Assembly (NCBI GenBank): GCA_963711635.1
Contig: CAVQEZ010000011.1
Span: 61,832-125,831 of the forward strand
Reading direction: 5' to 3'
Length of the DNA stretch: 64,000 bases
DNA from: an uncultured Pseudomonadota bacterium
GTDB taxonomy: Bacteria > Pseudomonadota > Gammaproteobacteria > Steroidobacterales > Steroidobacteraceae
Position numbers and translations under genes: made by a program. Below are positions 20,466-29,244 of the stretch, piece after piece. The notes beneath the pieces are model-generated. The model saw nothing but the letters and a program-made list of their open reading frames with translations, ran no database searches and was not told the origin of the DNA. Position 1 is the stretch's first letter. Every line of letters begins with the position of its first letter.

Positions 20466-21551
20466 TCACTTTGCCTTGCGGTTGCCGTCTGCAGACAAGA
20501 GCGCGACCTGCGCCATGAGTGGTAAAGCAAGAAGTTGGCTCCAGTGTGACAACTGCACCTTCACCTCGTCGGTATTGTAGTTAGGAGTCTTTGGCAAGGA
20601 GTCCCCGTCACCTACCATCTGATACGTTCCATCTGTCCTTACGAGATACGGCGACGCATCAGGTTTCAAGCGTGGGAAACGCGGAGCAGGGATCCTGACG
20701 ATGGTTGCCGAGGCCAGCGATGAATTCTTGCAAGTGGCAGCGACTTCTGGCGCCAGTTTTTCCAGTGTGTCCGGGTTGTTTTGGGTTCTGCTGCGGGTAT
20801 GGAAGAAGTCAAAAAGCCACTTGCCGGCGATGTAGCGATTGCACTCGCGACGCACTTCGTCAGGTAGTTCGAGCCCGGACCCACGCAGATTGTCGGAGAG
20901 AGCGATCAATGCATTGGCCGGAATCGAACGCAAAGACGACTTTGGCCGGCGTGCTGCCAGTTCGCTGACCGTCCCCTGGAGTGCCTCCAGAAGCCACTGA
21001 CCGGAAACACCTGGATGATCCGGGTTGTGGTGGTGTTTCCCCAGCAGGCCGAAGACCACTTGATCGAGGAAAGTCTGATGGGTATGCCCATAACAACTGC
21101 CCGAGTATGAGCCGCACGAACCGCCGAAACCCACATGTGCGTATGCATCCTGCTGACAATGCAGGGCAACACCAAGCGCGATCAAACTCCTGGTATTTCT
21201 CCGAGGTCCATCATGCACAGGCACTTCAGCAAAGTGGGCAGATATGACTTTGCGGACGTCTGCGGAAATCTGGCCTGCCTGTCCACGAGTCTTGCTGAAG
21301 CAGTGGAATCCCAGGTTCTTCTCCGCCTGGTGGATTGAACTCGTCGGAGTCGAATCCACTTCAAGCGCAGCGACGGTGTCCTGGTTCTCGTCCACCCCTT
21401 GATTCGCGCTGGCGATAGTCAGGGCATCGGCTTCCGACCACCCGACAGCCCTTGCGATCACATAGGTTGTCGAGTAGTGAACATCCGCTTCGTAGGCCTG
21501 GGTGACTGAGGGAAGTGATGCCAGCAAGCAGGCACAAAGGAGTCCTTTCAT
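20466..21551 (-). CDS. Secreted His-rich hypothetical protein, possibly a Zn-dependent phospholipase C / P1-nuclease-like fold; low-GC gene
   Basis: Signal peptide MKGLLCACLLASLPSVTQA. DVHYSTTYVIARAVG, ALHCQQDAYAH and HHHNPDHPG resemble the metal-ligand blocks of Zn-PLC. G+C is 51-52 per 100 nt in two hand-counted samples. Confidence 0.55.
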   Translation of the reverse strand: MKGLLCACLLASLPSVTQAYEADVHYSTTYVIARAVGWSEADALTIASANQGVDENQDTVAALEVDSTPTSSIHQAEKNLGFHCFSKTRGQAGQISADVRKVISAHFAEVPVHDGPRRNTRSLIALGVALHCQQDAYAHVGFGGSCGSYSGSCYGHTHQTFLDQVVFGLLGKHHHNPDHPGVSGQWLLEALQGTVSELAARRPKSSLRSIPANALIALSDNLRGSGLELPDEVRRECNRYIAGKWLFDFFHTRSRTQNNPDTLEKLAPEVAATCKNSSLASATIVRIPAPRFPRLKPDASPYLVRTDGTYQMVGDGDSLPKTPNYNTDEVKVQLSHWSQLLALPLMAQVALLSADGNRKAK

Positions 21552-21653
21552 CTATGCCACAGCCCTGTAGTACTCGAAAACTACACGTATGTGTCCCGCG
21601 AACGCCTGAAGGTTCTCTCTACAGCGCGTTCCTCTCCGATATTTCGCCGGATA

Positions 21654-21691
21654 ACTGTGACGGGCGTCGGTTTGCGTGAGCGGAGTGCGAA
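21654..21691. repeat. 38-nt dispersed repeat, copy 1 (partner at 39688-39725)
   Basis: ACTGTGACGGGCGTCGGTTTGCGTGAGCGGAGTGCGAA matches the partner at 35 of 38 positions. It lies just 3' of a minus-strand stop codon. Confidence 0.7.
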
Positions 21692-21702
21692 CTGGCCCGA
21701 CG

Positions 21703-22779
21703 CTAACTGAATACCCACGCGCCAAACGCCCAGCAGATGAGTGCGTTACCGGTGGCCATCGTGAAGTCGTCTGTGCCGCGCGGCGAGAGCAGCTCGAGCG
21801 CAGTGCTCGAGAGCGAGACCGTCACGGCAAGCGCCAGGTACGGCCCGGACAGCCCGTTGAGCATGACGATGCCGATACTGAACACGAGCCCGGCGACCAA
21901 CCCGGTGACGGTGCCCGCGATGGATTTCCGGTTCACGTCGCCGACGCCGCGCACACGGATCTTCATGGTGCCGTAGAGCGATCCGCCGACTTCCGCGAAG
22001 GTGTCGACGACCAGGTAGGTGATCCAGATGAGCGCGAACAGCAGCGCGAACTGTTCGCGCGGATAGAGCGTCGCAAGCTGCGCGCCGATCGGGATCAGCG
22101 CGAACTTGAACAACGCCCACAGCGTGACGATCGACATGAAGTTCGCGCGCGCCAGCGTGCCATCCATGATCCGCGTCTGCGCGCCGAACAGCGTCGCGCC
22201 GACGAAGCCGTTGAGATAGAAGCACGCGAGGAACACCCAGTTCGTGATGACCTGGTCGAACAGCGATTGCGACGTGAAGGCGGCGGCGAAGTTGTCGCTT
22301 TCGCCGGCCGCGAGCTGCACGTAGAGAAAGAAGCCTATCGCGCCCGCGAGCGTGATGAAGCGGCCGCGCCGGCCGATCATGTCCGCGATGCGGATGCGCC
22401 GCTCGGAGTATTTGCGAAGGAGAGCGTCGAGCTCGAAGGGCTGCGACATGCGCGAGGAAAACACTGTCCGGCGATCTTCGTGGCTCATGCCGACGAAGAA
22501 CTTCAGCAGCAGGTTCTTCACACCGTACCAGACCACAGCCCAGAACACGTTGAAGAACAGGAACGCGAAGAGCAACGTGGCCAGGGTGCGTGCGTCGAAC
22601 CGGAAGTCGCCCGCGATCTGCGCGCCGAAGCCGGAGAACATCGCGAGCAGGCAGAAGAGCGTGAGTGCGGCATTGACGGCGACGGCGATGTAGAAAATCC
22701 GGTCGGCGAGACGTCGCCGGTCGTCCGCCGGCGCGATGACGGCGTTGGTAATGCTGGAAGCCAGTGTCGTGCTGTTCAT
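21703..22779 (-). CDS. Polytopic membrane protein with a C-terminal CTP-transferase-1 (CdsA / dolichol kinase)-like region
   Basis: About 9 hydrophobic helices. GTMKIRVRGVGDVNRKSIAGTVTG resembles the CdsA-family signature. GGGAGGG SD. Confidence 0.55.
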   Translation of the reverse strand: MNSTTLASSITNAVIAPADDRRRLADRIFYIAVAVNAALTLFCLLAMFSGFGAQIAGDFRFDARTLATLLFAFLFFNVFWAVVWYGVKNLLLKFFVGMSHEDRRTVFSSRMSQPFELDALLRKYSERRIRIADMIGRRGRFITLAGAIGFFLYVQLAAGESDNFAAAFTSQSLFDQVITNWVFLACFYLNGFVGATLFGAQTRIMDGTLARANFMSIVTLWALFKFALIPIGAQLATLYPREQFALLFALIWITYLVVDTFAEVGGSLYGTMKIRVRGVGDVNRKSIAGTVTGLVAGLVFSIGIVMLNGLSGPYLALAVTVSLSSTALELLSPRGTDDFTMATGNALICWAFGAWVFS

Positions 22780-22926
22780 GGTGCCCTCCCACCCAAAACG
22801 AACGAGGGGCAGCTTGTTCGACAGCCCCGCGGAACGATGGCCTTTCCGGGGCGCCGCGATCAAGTGTGAGTTGTCACTAAAGTACTATCGCCATCCCCGG
22901 CGCTGAAAATTGTGGAAAGGTGACTG

Positions 22927-24028
22927 GTGATTCATCGACGACCGCCTCTCGTGGCGCTGCTGGCTCTCGTAACCATGCTGCTGGGAGCCTGCAGTTCGGC
23001 ACCTCCGCGCGAGCCACCGGTCGATCCCGATCTGGCCCGTGCTCAAATCCGCGCGCGCATTCCGGCCGCGGTTGCGAATCGTGATGGTTGGGCAATCGAT
23101 ATGTTTGCGGCTTTCGAGGCGCTCGAAGTCAGGCCGACCGCGCGCAACATTTGCGCAGCCGTCGCGGTGATCCAGCAGGAATCGGGATTCCAGGTCGATC
23201 CGGTTGTTCCCGGGTTGCCGGCCATGGCGCGCAGGGAAATCGATGAACGCGCCGGGCGCTATCACATCCCGGAAACCGTCGTGAACCTGGCGCTGAGTGC
23301 GCGCTCACCCGACGGGCGGAGTTACGCCGAGCGCTTGCGGCAGGTCAGAACCGAACGAGCCTTGAGCGAAATGTTCGAAGACTTCATCGGCACGATGCCC
23401 CTCGGCCGCCAGCTCTTCGCCGACCTGAATCCCGTGCGGACAGGCGGACCGATGCAGGTAGGCATCGCGTTCGCCGAGTCGCACGTGAAAACCAGGACGT
23501 ATCCGTACCCGCTCGCGGATGGCGTACGGCGCGAAGTGTTCACTCGTCGCGGTGGACTCTATTTCGGCATCGCCCATCTGCTCGGCTATCCCGTCAGCTA
23601 CGACTCGATGCTGTATCGCTTCGCCGATTTCAACGCGGGGCACTATGCAAGCCGCAACGCCGCCTTTCAGCAAGCGGTCAGTTCATTGAGCAAGACGCGC
23701 CTGGCGATCGACGGGGATCTTCTTCGCGAGGGCAGCAGCGAGCCGAGCCAGACTGAACTCGCGGTGCGTAAATTGGGCACTCGGACTCGGCGAGCGCCAG
23801 ATCCGTCGCGATCTCGAGCGGGGAACCACGCACGAATTCGAGAAGACCGACCTCTATCTAAAGGTATTCGAACTGGCAGACGCCCGGGGACCGGCGCCGC
23901 GTGCTCTGGTGCCAAGCATTCGTCTGCAGAGCGTGAAGATCAGTCGCAAGCTGACCACCGACTGGTTCGCGCGGCGGGTGGACGATCGTTATCGCCGTTG
24001 TCTGCAGAGTTCGCCAAGCGCGGAGTGA
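22927..24028 (+). pseudogene. DUF1615 lipoprotein (SLT-like QQESGF motif); one extra base near 23785
   Basis: Lipobox LLGAC. IQQESGFQVDP, GGPMQVG and YRFADFNAGHYASRNAAFQ. After ...AVRKLGTR the family C-terminus (LGERQIRRDLERGTTHEFEKTDLYLKVF...RYRRCLQSSPSAE) continues in the +1 frame to TGA at 24026-24028. Confidence 0.75.
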
Positions 24029-24073
24029 AACAGCCATTGTGGATGTCAGCGGAATTGTTCTCGCGGCAGAGAA

Positions 24074-24099
24074 CCTCCTGCAGTCCACAATGCAGGAGG
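24074..24099 (+). promoter_or_regulatory. Hairpin that sequesters the Shine-Dalgarno of the 24104 gene
   Basis: Perfect 9-bp stem CCTCCTGCA / TGCAGGAGG with an 8-nt loop. The right arm contains AGGAGG, 4 nt before the ATG. Confidence 0.45.
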
Positions 24100-24103
24100 A
24101 CGT

Positions 24104-25099
24104 ATGAAGAGCAGATGGACCTTGTTGCTCGCCATTGTTGCAGTGCCCCACGTTGCGCATGCGGACTGGTGGCCCAGCCCCTGGTACGACAACTACGTCG
24201 TAACCGTCGGCGCCTCTGTCAACGGCTCCTACGGTGAGATCACGTACAGTGAAGACCGCTATAGCGGGAACTATCTGCCGTCCGTCGCGCGCGACGTGTA
24301 CTCGATCACGAACTCGCTCAGTGCCGAGCTCGACAACCAGGTGCGCCAGATGGCGGCGCGCGAAGGGCTCAACTTCATATATGGCGACCTGTACGGCGAA
24401 CCGAACGTCACATTGCAACCTAACGGGGCGGGTTACCTGACCACACGGCTAACGGGCCTCAACTACGTCGGGAGGGCTTCGGGAACCAAGAGAAGCGGCA
24501 TCTTCAGTGCCACCTGCACGATCAACGTTCAAATAACGAACATCGTCGCCAATGCGCAAATCGGTTCCGCCACGGGCGGAATCCCGGAAAACACAGTGGG
24601 GCTCGACGCCAATGTCAGCTCGAATGCGAGCTGCAGTACCAACATCGGTTGGATCCCGATCATCGGCCTGGTCGTCGACATTTGGGTAGAGCACGAGGTG
24701 AACGGTCTTGTCAGGACATCCGCCCGCGACCTGATCGCCACCATGAAGGACAAGCTGTTCTTCGAGCGCGACGCGAATGCCTACGCCGGCCTCAATCGCA
24801 TCGTGCCGGCCGATAAGGTGATTCCCCTGCCCAATGGTCAGACCTTTGCGGTGGGTCAATGGCTGCACGGCCAGCTCGCGTGGATCCTGAACAACGTCAA
24901 CGCGAACATCGTGCTCGGACGCGGCGCGGTGGTCGAGCCCTTCAATGGTTGGGGCACGCCTGACACCTGGATCACGGGCAATATCATCAGGTTCAACCTC
25001 GTCGTGGGCGGCGTCACGCTGAACATCAACATGCGTGAGGAGGTCCTCGTCCAGTGGGACTGGTATTGCGAGCGCCAGCCTTGCCCCGAGGTTCCCTGA
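24104..25099 (+). CDS. Secreted protein of unknown function, paralog A (partner 61096-62097)
   Basis: Signal peptide MKSRWTLLLAIVAVPHVAHA, four Cys, AGGAGG SD. Strongly similar to the ORF at 61096. Confidence 0.7.
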   Translation: MKSRWTLLLAIVAVPHVAHADWWPSPWYDNYVVTVGASVNGSYGEITYSEDRYSGNYLPSVARDVYSITNSLSAELDNQVRQMAAREGLNFIYGDLYGEPNVTLQPNGAGYLTTRLTGLNYVGRASGTKRSGIFSATCTINVQITNIVANAQIGSATGGIPENTVGLDANVSSNASCSTNIGWIPIIGLVVDIWVEHEVNGLVRTSARDLIATMKDKLFFERDANAYAGLNRIVPADKVIPLPNGQTFAVGQWLHGQLAWILNNVNANIVLGRGAVVEPFNGWGTPDTWITGNIIRFNLVVGGVTLNINMREEVLVQWDWYCERQPCPEVP

Positions 25100-25319
25100 C
25101 GTATCGACGACTCGCGGCGGTCCGCGCGGTCAGAGTTGCGAGTAGCGTCCAGCTGCCAGACCCCCGGCGGGAAACGTGGATCGACGCGCCCGTCATTCTT
25201 GTTCGAGTAGTGGCTTCAGCCCTTTTTCGGCGATATTTCGTCTCTCGCACGGGTTTCCTTCGTGACTCTCAGTGATTTTTCGAGCTACACGGTGCTCGGC
25301 AAACTCGCGGAGAGCACAC

Positions 25320-26825
25320 ATGGACAACACCAAGCTGGGAACGAAGGCACTCGACGACATCACGACCGGCACCAATAACACCGCGATCGGCTTTCACGCC
25401 CTGCATCTGAACAGGGACGGGAGCGACAACACGGCCTGCGGCCACCGTGCCCTGCACGAAAACATCAGCGGAGAGGCGAATACGGCGACCGGGAGCAGTG
25501 CGCTGCATTTCAACACCAAGGGACGCTCCAACGTCGCCAACGGCACGGGAGCTTTACAGTTCAACGTCTCGGGCAGCGACAACACCGCCTGCGGAAGTCA
25601 CGCGCTGCACAACAATGAGAGCGGCGAGGCCAATACGGCTGCCGGAGCCAACGCCTTGAAGATGAACTCGACGGGACAGTTCAATGTCGCCTGCGGCACG
25701 TCTGCGCTGCACTTCAATACCGTCGGCAACGACAACACGGCGGTCGGTGTCGAGGCGTTGTCCCTGAATTCCAAAGGGGAATCCAATACAGCGGTAGGCG
25801 CGGAAGCGCTTTTTTCCAACGGCAGTGGAGCCTGGAATACGGCCGTCGGGGCCCGGGCACTCTATGCGAACTCGACGGACCAGATTCCTTCGCTTCCATA
25901 TGTTTTCGATGGAAGTGGCAATACCGCTGCCGGCTTCGAAGCGCTGTTTTCCAATGTCACCGGGCATGGCAACGTGGCGATCGGGATCAATGCCCTGCGA
26001 TCCAACACCAGTGCCAGTAACTGCACCGCCGCCGGAAATGGAGCCCTGATCAACAACACGAGCGGCCAGAGCAATTCAGCGTTCGGCGTGGGCACACTGG
26101 AATCCAACACCACGGGCGAAGGCAATACTGCAATGGGCCGGCTGGCCATGGTCCATGTGACCAAGGGTGGCTACAACACGGCCATCGGTACGCACTCCGG
26201 CCCATTTCCCGATTCCGAGAGCAGCACATTCATAGGGAGCGGCGCGACTTCGTCCGCGCACGTCGCAAACAGCACCGCCATTGGCAGTTCGGCGCAGGTG
26301 ACTGCCGACAACCAGGTAAGGATCGGCAACAGTTCCGTGACTTCGATCGGCGGGCAGGTCAGTTACAGCACGTTCTCCGATGCCCGCTACAAGAAGAACA
26401 TCACTCAGAATGTTCCCGGCCTCGCGTTCGTGAACAAGCTTCGCCCGATCACTTACAACGTGGATGTTGAAGCACTTGAAAGGAAACTCGAGTCTGCGCG
26501 CCCGAAGTTGCAGGCCGATCCCGCCCTGGCCGAAGTGTCCGCGGCACCTTCAAAGGAAAAGCAGACTGCAAAGGATGCCGGTTCCAACATCGTCTACACG
26601 GGTTTCGTGGCCCAGGAGGTGGAACAGGCGGCAAAGGAGTCCTGCTTCGTCTTCAGCGGCGTCGATCCGGCAAAGAACGACGATGACTTTTATGGCTTGC
26701 GCTATGCAGAGTTCGTCGTGCCGCTGGTCAGGGCCGTTCAGGAACTCCATGCGGAATGCGGCAGATTGAAATGCGAAGTGGAAGTATTGAAGAGGCAGGT
26801 CGAGAGGAACTCCCCTCGACCCTGA
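25320..26825 (+). CDS. Tail-fibre-like protein: 16 copies of a 17-aa NTAxGxxAL repeat plus a C-terminal S74 intramolecular-chaperone autoprocessing domain
   Basis: The repeat has a 17-aa period from aa ~35 to ~310 of the listed ORF. FSDARYKKNI (nt 26373-26402) and YTGFVAQEVEQ are S74 signatures. A C-terminal coiled coil follows. No signal peptide. Confidence 0.8.
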   Translation: MDNTKLGTKALDDITTGTNNTAIGFHALHLNRDGSDNTACGHRALHENISGEANTATGSSALHFNTKGRSNVANGTGALQFNVSGSDNTACGSHALHNNESGEANTAAGANALKMNSTGQFNVACGTSALHFNTVGNDNTAVGVEALSLNSKGESNTAVGAEALFSNGSGAWNTAVGARALYANSTDQIPSLPYVFDGSGNTAAGFEALFSNVTGHGNVAIGINALRSNTSASNCTAAGNGALINNTSGQSNSAFGVGTLESNTTGEGNTAMGRLAMVHVTKGGYNTAIGTHSGPFPDSESSTFIGSGATSSAHVANSTAIGSSAQVTADNQVRIGNSSVTSIGGQVSYSTFSDARYKKNITQNVPGLAFVNKLRPITYNVDVEALERKLESARPKLQADPALAEVSAAPSKEKQTAKDAGSNIVYTGFVAQEVEQAAKESCFVFSGVDPAKNDDDFYGLRYAEFVVPLVRAVQELHAECGRLKCEVEVLKRQVERNSPRP

Positions 26826-26849
26826 TCTTTCGGCCCTCGAGCTCGGGTG

Positions 26850-29072
26850 TCAGAACTCCTTGACGAACCGAAGCCCGAACTCACTCGCATCGTTGCTCAG
26901 CATGACCAGCACGTAATCACCCGTGTTGAGCCGCGCATTGTCATACCGCTCATCCGTGATGTTCCGGCCATAAATCCCGACGGTCCAGTTGCCATCGGCG
27001 GGCTGATAACTGATGTCGGCATTGACCAGGTCGCGGCTCTCGATGAACGTGAACCGGGCCGGGTCGTTACTCGGCTCGCCGAACATGTCGTCCCGGAATG
27101 ACCAGTCGGCGCGCAGCGTGATCTCTCCGCTTCCAGCGGGAAACGTCAGCTCGGGACTGAGCGACGCCGTCAGTTCCGGTGTCAGCGGAGCCACTGCGGC
27201 CGGATTCGGATCGTCGACGTCAACGTCGATGTAACCCACGCTCGCGTGCAGACGGAAGTTGTCGGTCGCGACCCAGGTGGTTTCAAGCTCGGCGCCGCGC
27301 GACGTCTGATCGACGACGATACTTTGCGTATTGAAGCCGGCCCCCGTCGTCGTGCTCACCTGGTAGGGCAGGTCCTTATAGTTCGTGTTGAACAGGGCGA
27401 TGCTGAGCTGCAGGTTGTCGAAGAACTCTCCTTTCATGCCCACTTCGTAGTTGATCGCCGTGACGTTCTCGGTGGCCACGAAACAATTGGGGTTGCCGAA
27501 CAGGCAGAACGGACGCGCCGGGTACTGGCCGGCCTGGTAGCCACTCTGCACGGCACCGTAGAACGTCATGCGGTCTGCGAATTTGTACGAGGCCGAGACG
27601 TCCCAGGTGGTTTCCGACCCATCGTTGCTATTGGACGCCCCGATCACGCCCACCACGGGCTCCGTGTCCGCTGATTTGTCGTCCTCCGTCTGCCGGAGGC
27701 CGGCCGCGATGCGGAGCTGATCGGTCACCTGGAAGCCGACATTGGCGTAGGCCGCGAGGCTGTCGTACTTCTGGTGCAGGAAGAAGTCGCCGCTGTTGGG
27801 GGCCGGGCACGGCGCAGCGGCCGTGCCGCAGTTGAAGCTCGTATCGTTCTGGAAGTTCTGTCCTTCCTCTTCGTAATAGAAGAGGCCGAGCACGTAGTCG
27901 AAGCGGCCGCTCGTGCCCGTGGCCTGCAATTCCACCGACTGCTGATCGGCAGAGCCGATCTCGGGGAACGACAGGAAGTCGTCGTTGAAGCTGTCGTCGT
28001 CGAGTCCGCTCTCGTATTCCGAGTGACGGTCGCTGGCGAGGAGCCTGAAATTGAGCGCGTCCGAGACCTCGTAGTCGACCGTCAGTGAGACGCCGTAAGC
28101 CTTGTTCGTCACTTCGATCTGGTCGGCCTGGCCGGTGTTGTTGTCGTAGTGATCGCTCGCCCGGTCGGAATTCCGATAGCCGGCGTTGTAGACGGCGCCG
28201 TTGGCGGCAGTGCAGGTCGCCGGGGGAGCCGGCGGGTTGGCTCGGCACGCCGCGCCGAGCTCGTCGATCAGCGTGTAGTAAGGCCGCAGGCCGTTCTCGC
28301 CGTCGTTGCCGTCCCCGGTCAGCAGGAATGACAGCTTGTCGGTCGGCTTCCACTGCATCGCGATGCGTCCGGCAATGTCCTGCATCTCGCCGACTTCCTG
28401 GTTCGCATCCTCGATCAGCAGAAAGTCACCGAGCCCGTCGCGGCGCTGGTAGGCCGCGCTGAATGACATGGCGAACTCGTCCGAGAGCGGCATGTCCACG
28501 TACGCGTCGCCGTTCAGCCGTCCGCGACTGCCGGCGGTCAATGACACTTTTCCGCCCGGCTTGTCGCCCGGCTTGCGCGTGATGATGTTGATGGCGCCAC
28601 CGATCGAATTGCGCCCGTACAGCGTGCCTTGCGGGCCACGCAATACTTCGACGCGCTCGATATTGGCGAGACTCCAGTTCTGGCCGACCTGGCGGCCGAG
28701 ATAGATGCCATCGACGTACACGCCGACGCCCGGCTCGGTCGTGATCAGGTGATCCTGCAGGCCGATGCCGCGGATGAACGGATTCTGCGACGACGTGTGG
28801 CCCGCCGAGAAGCCGGTGATGTTGAGGTTCGGCACGAACTTGCCGATATCGGTGAGATCGACGATGCCCTGCCTTTCGATGGTTTCGGGCGTGAACGCGC
28901 TGATCGCCACGGGCACGTCATAGATGCTCTGCTCGCGTTTCTGCGCAGTCACGGTGACGGTTTCGAATACCGAGTCGTCATCTTCCTGAGCCTGGGCGAG
29001 CGCGGCTGGCCCCACACCGAGCGCGCCCAACGGCGCGGCGCACATGATGACCGCAAGATTCCTCTTGTTCAT
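26850..29072 (-). CDS. TonB-dependent receptor
   Basis: Has a signal peptide. ETVTVTAQKREQSIYDVP and RVEVLRGPQGTLYGRNSIGGAINIITR. The terminal residue is F. GGGAGAA SD. Confidence 0.9.
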   Translation of the reverse strand: MNKRNLAVIMCAAPLGALGVGPAALAQAQEDDDSVFETVTVTAQKREQSIYDVPVAISAFTPETIERQGIVDLTDIGKFVPNLNITGFSAGHTSSQNPFIRGIGLQDHLITTEPGVGVYVDGIYLGRQVGQNWSLANIERVEVLRGPQGTLYGRNSIGGAINIITRKPGDKPGGKVSLTAGSRGRLNGDAYVDMPLSDEFAMSFSAAYQRRDGLGDFLLIEDANQEVGEMQDIAGRIAMQWKPTDKLSFLLTGDGNDGENGLRPYYTLIDELGAACRANPPAPPATCTAANGAVYNAGYRNSDRASDHYDNNTGQADQIEVTNKAYGVSLTVDYEVSDALNFRLLASDRHSEYESGLDDDSFNDDFLSFPEIGSADQQSVELQATGTSGRFDYVLGLFYYEEEGQNFQNDTSFNCGTAAAPCPAPNSGDFFLHQKYDSLAAYANVGFQVTDQLRIAAGLRQTEDDKSADTEPVVGVIGASNSNDGSETTWDVSASYKFADRMTFYGAVQSGYQAGQYPARPFCLFGNPNCFVATENVTAINYEVGMKGEFFDNLQLSIALFNTNYKDLPYQVSTTTGAGFNTQSIVVDQTSRGAELETTWVATDNFRLHASVGYIDVDVDDPNPAAVAPLTPELTASLSPELTFPAGSGEITLRADWSFRDDMFGEPSNDPARFTFIESRDLVNADISYQPADGNWTVGIYGRNITDERYDNARLNTGDYVLVMLSNDASEFGLRFVKEF

Positions 29073-29190
29073 TCGATTCTCCCATAAATGATGCCGACGT
29101 GAGTGAGCCGCCATTAGCGTGGCAGCTTAATGAATACCGCAGGTTCTGTCCGTGGTGCGGTGCAAGGCGAGGCCGAGACGGCGGCGCGCC

Positions 29191-29222
29191 AAAAAAAAGC
29201 GGCCCCGCGTAAGCGGGGCCGC
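29191..29222 (-). terminator. Rho-independent terminator of the 29245-30834 gene
   Basis: On the minus strand, GCGGCCCCGC-TTAC-GCGGGGCCGC (perfect 10-bp stem) is followed by T8. Confidence 0.75.
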
Positions 29223-29244
29223 ATCCAGAGCATCACCAGTCAGG

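Noticed and set aside
20466-26825. A prophage or tailocin remnant around the tail-fibre-like gene.
   Set aside because: No capsid, portal, terminase, sheath, baseplate, lysis or integrase genes are recognisable. The neighbours are ordinary envelope proteins.
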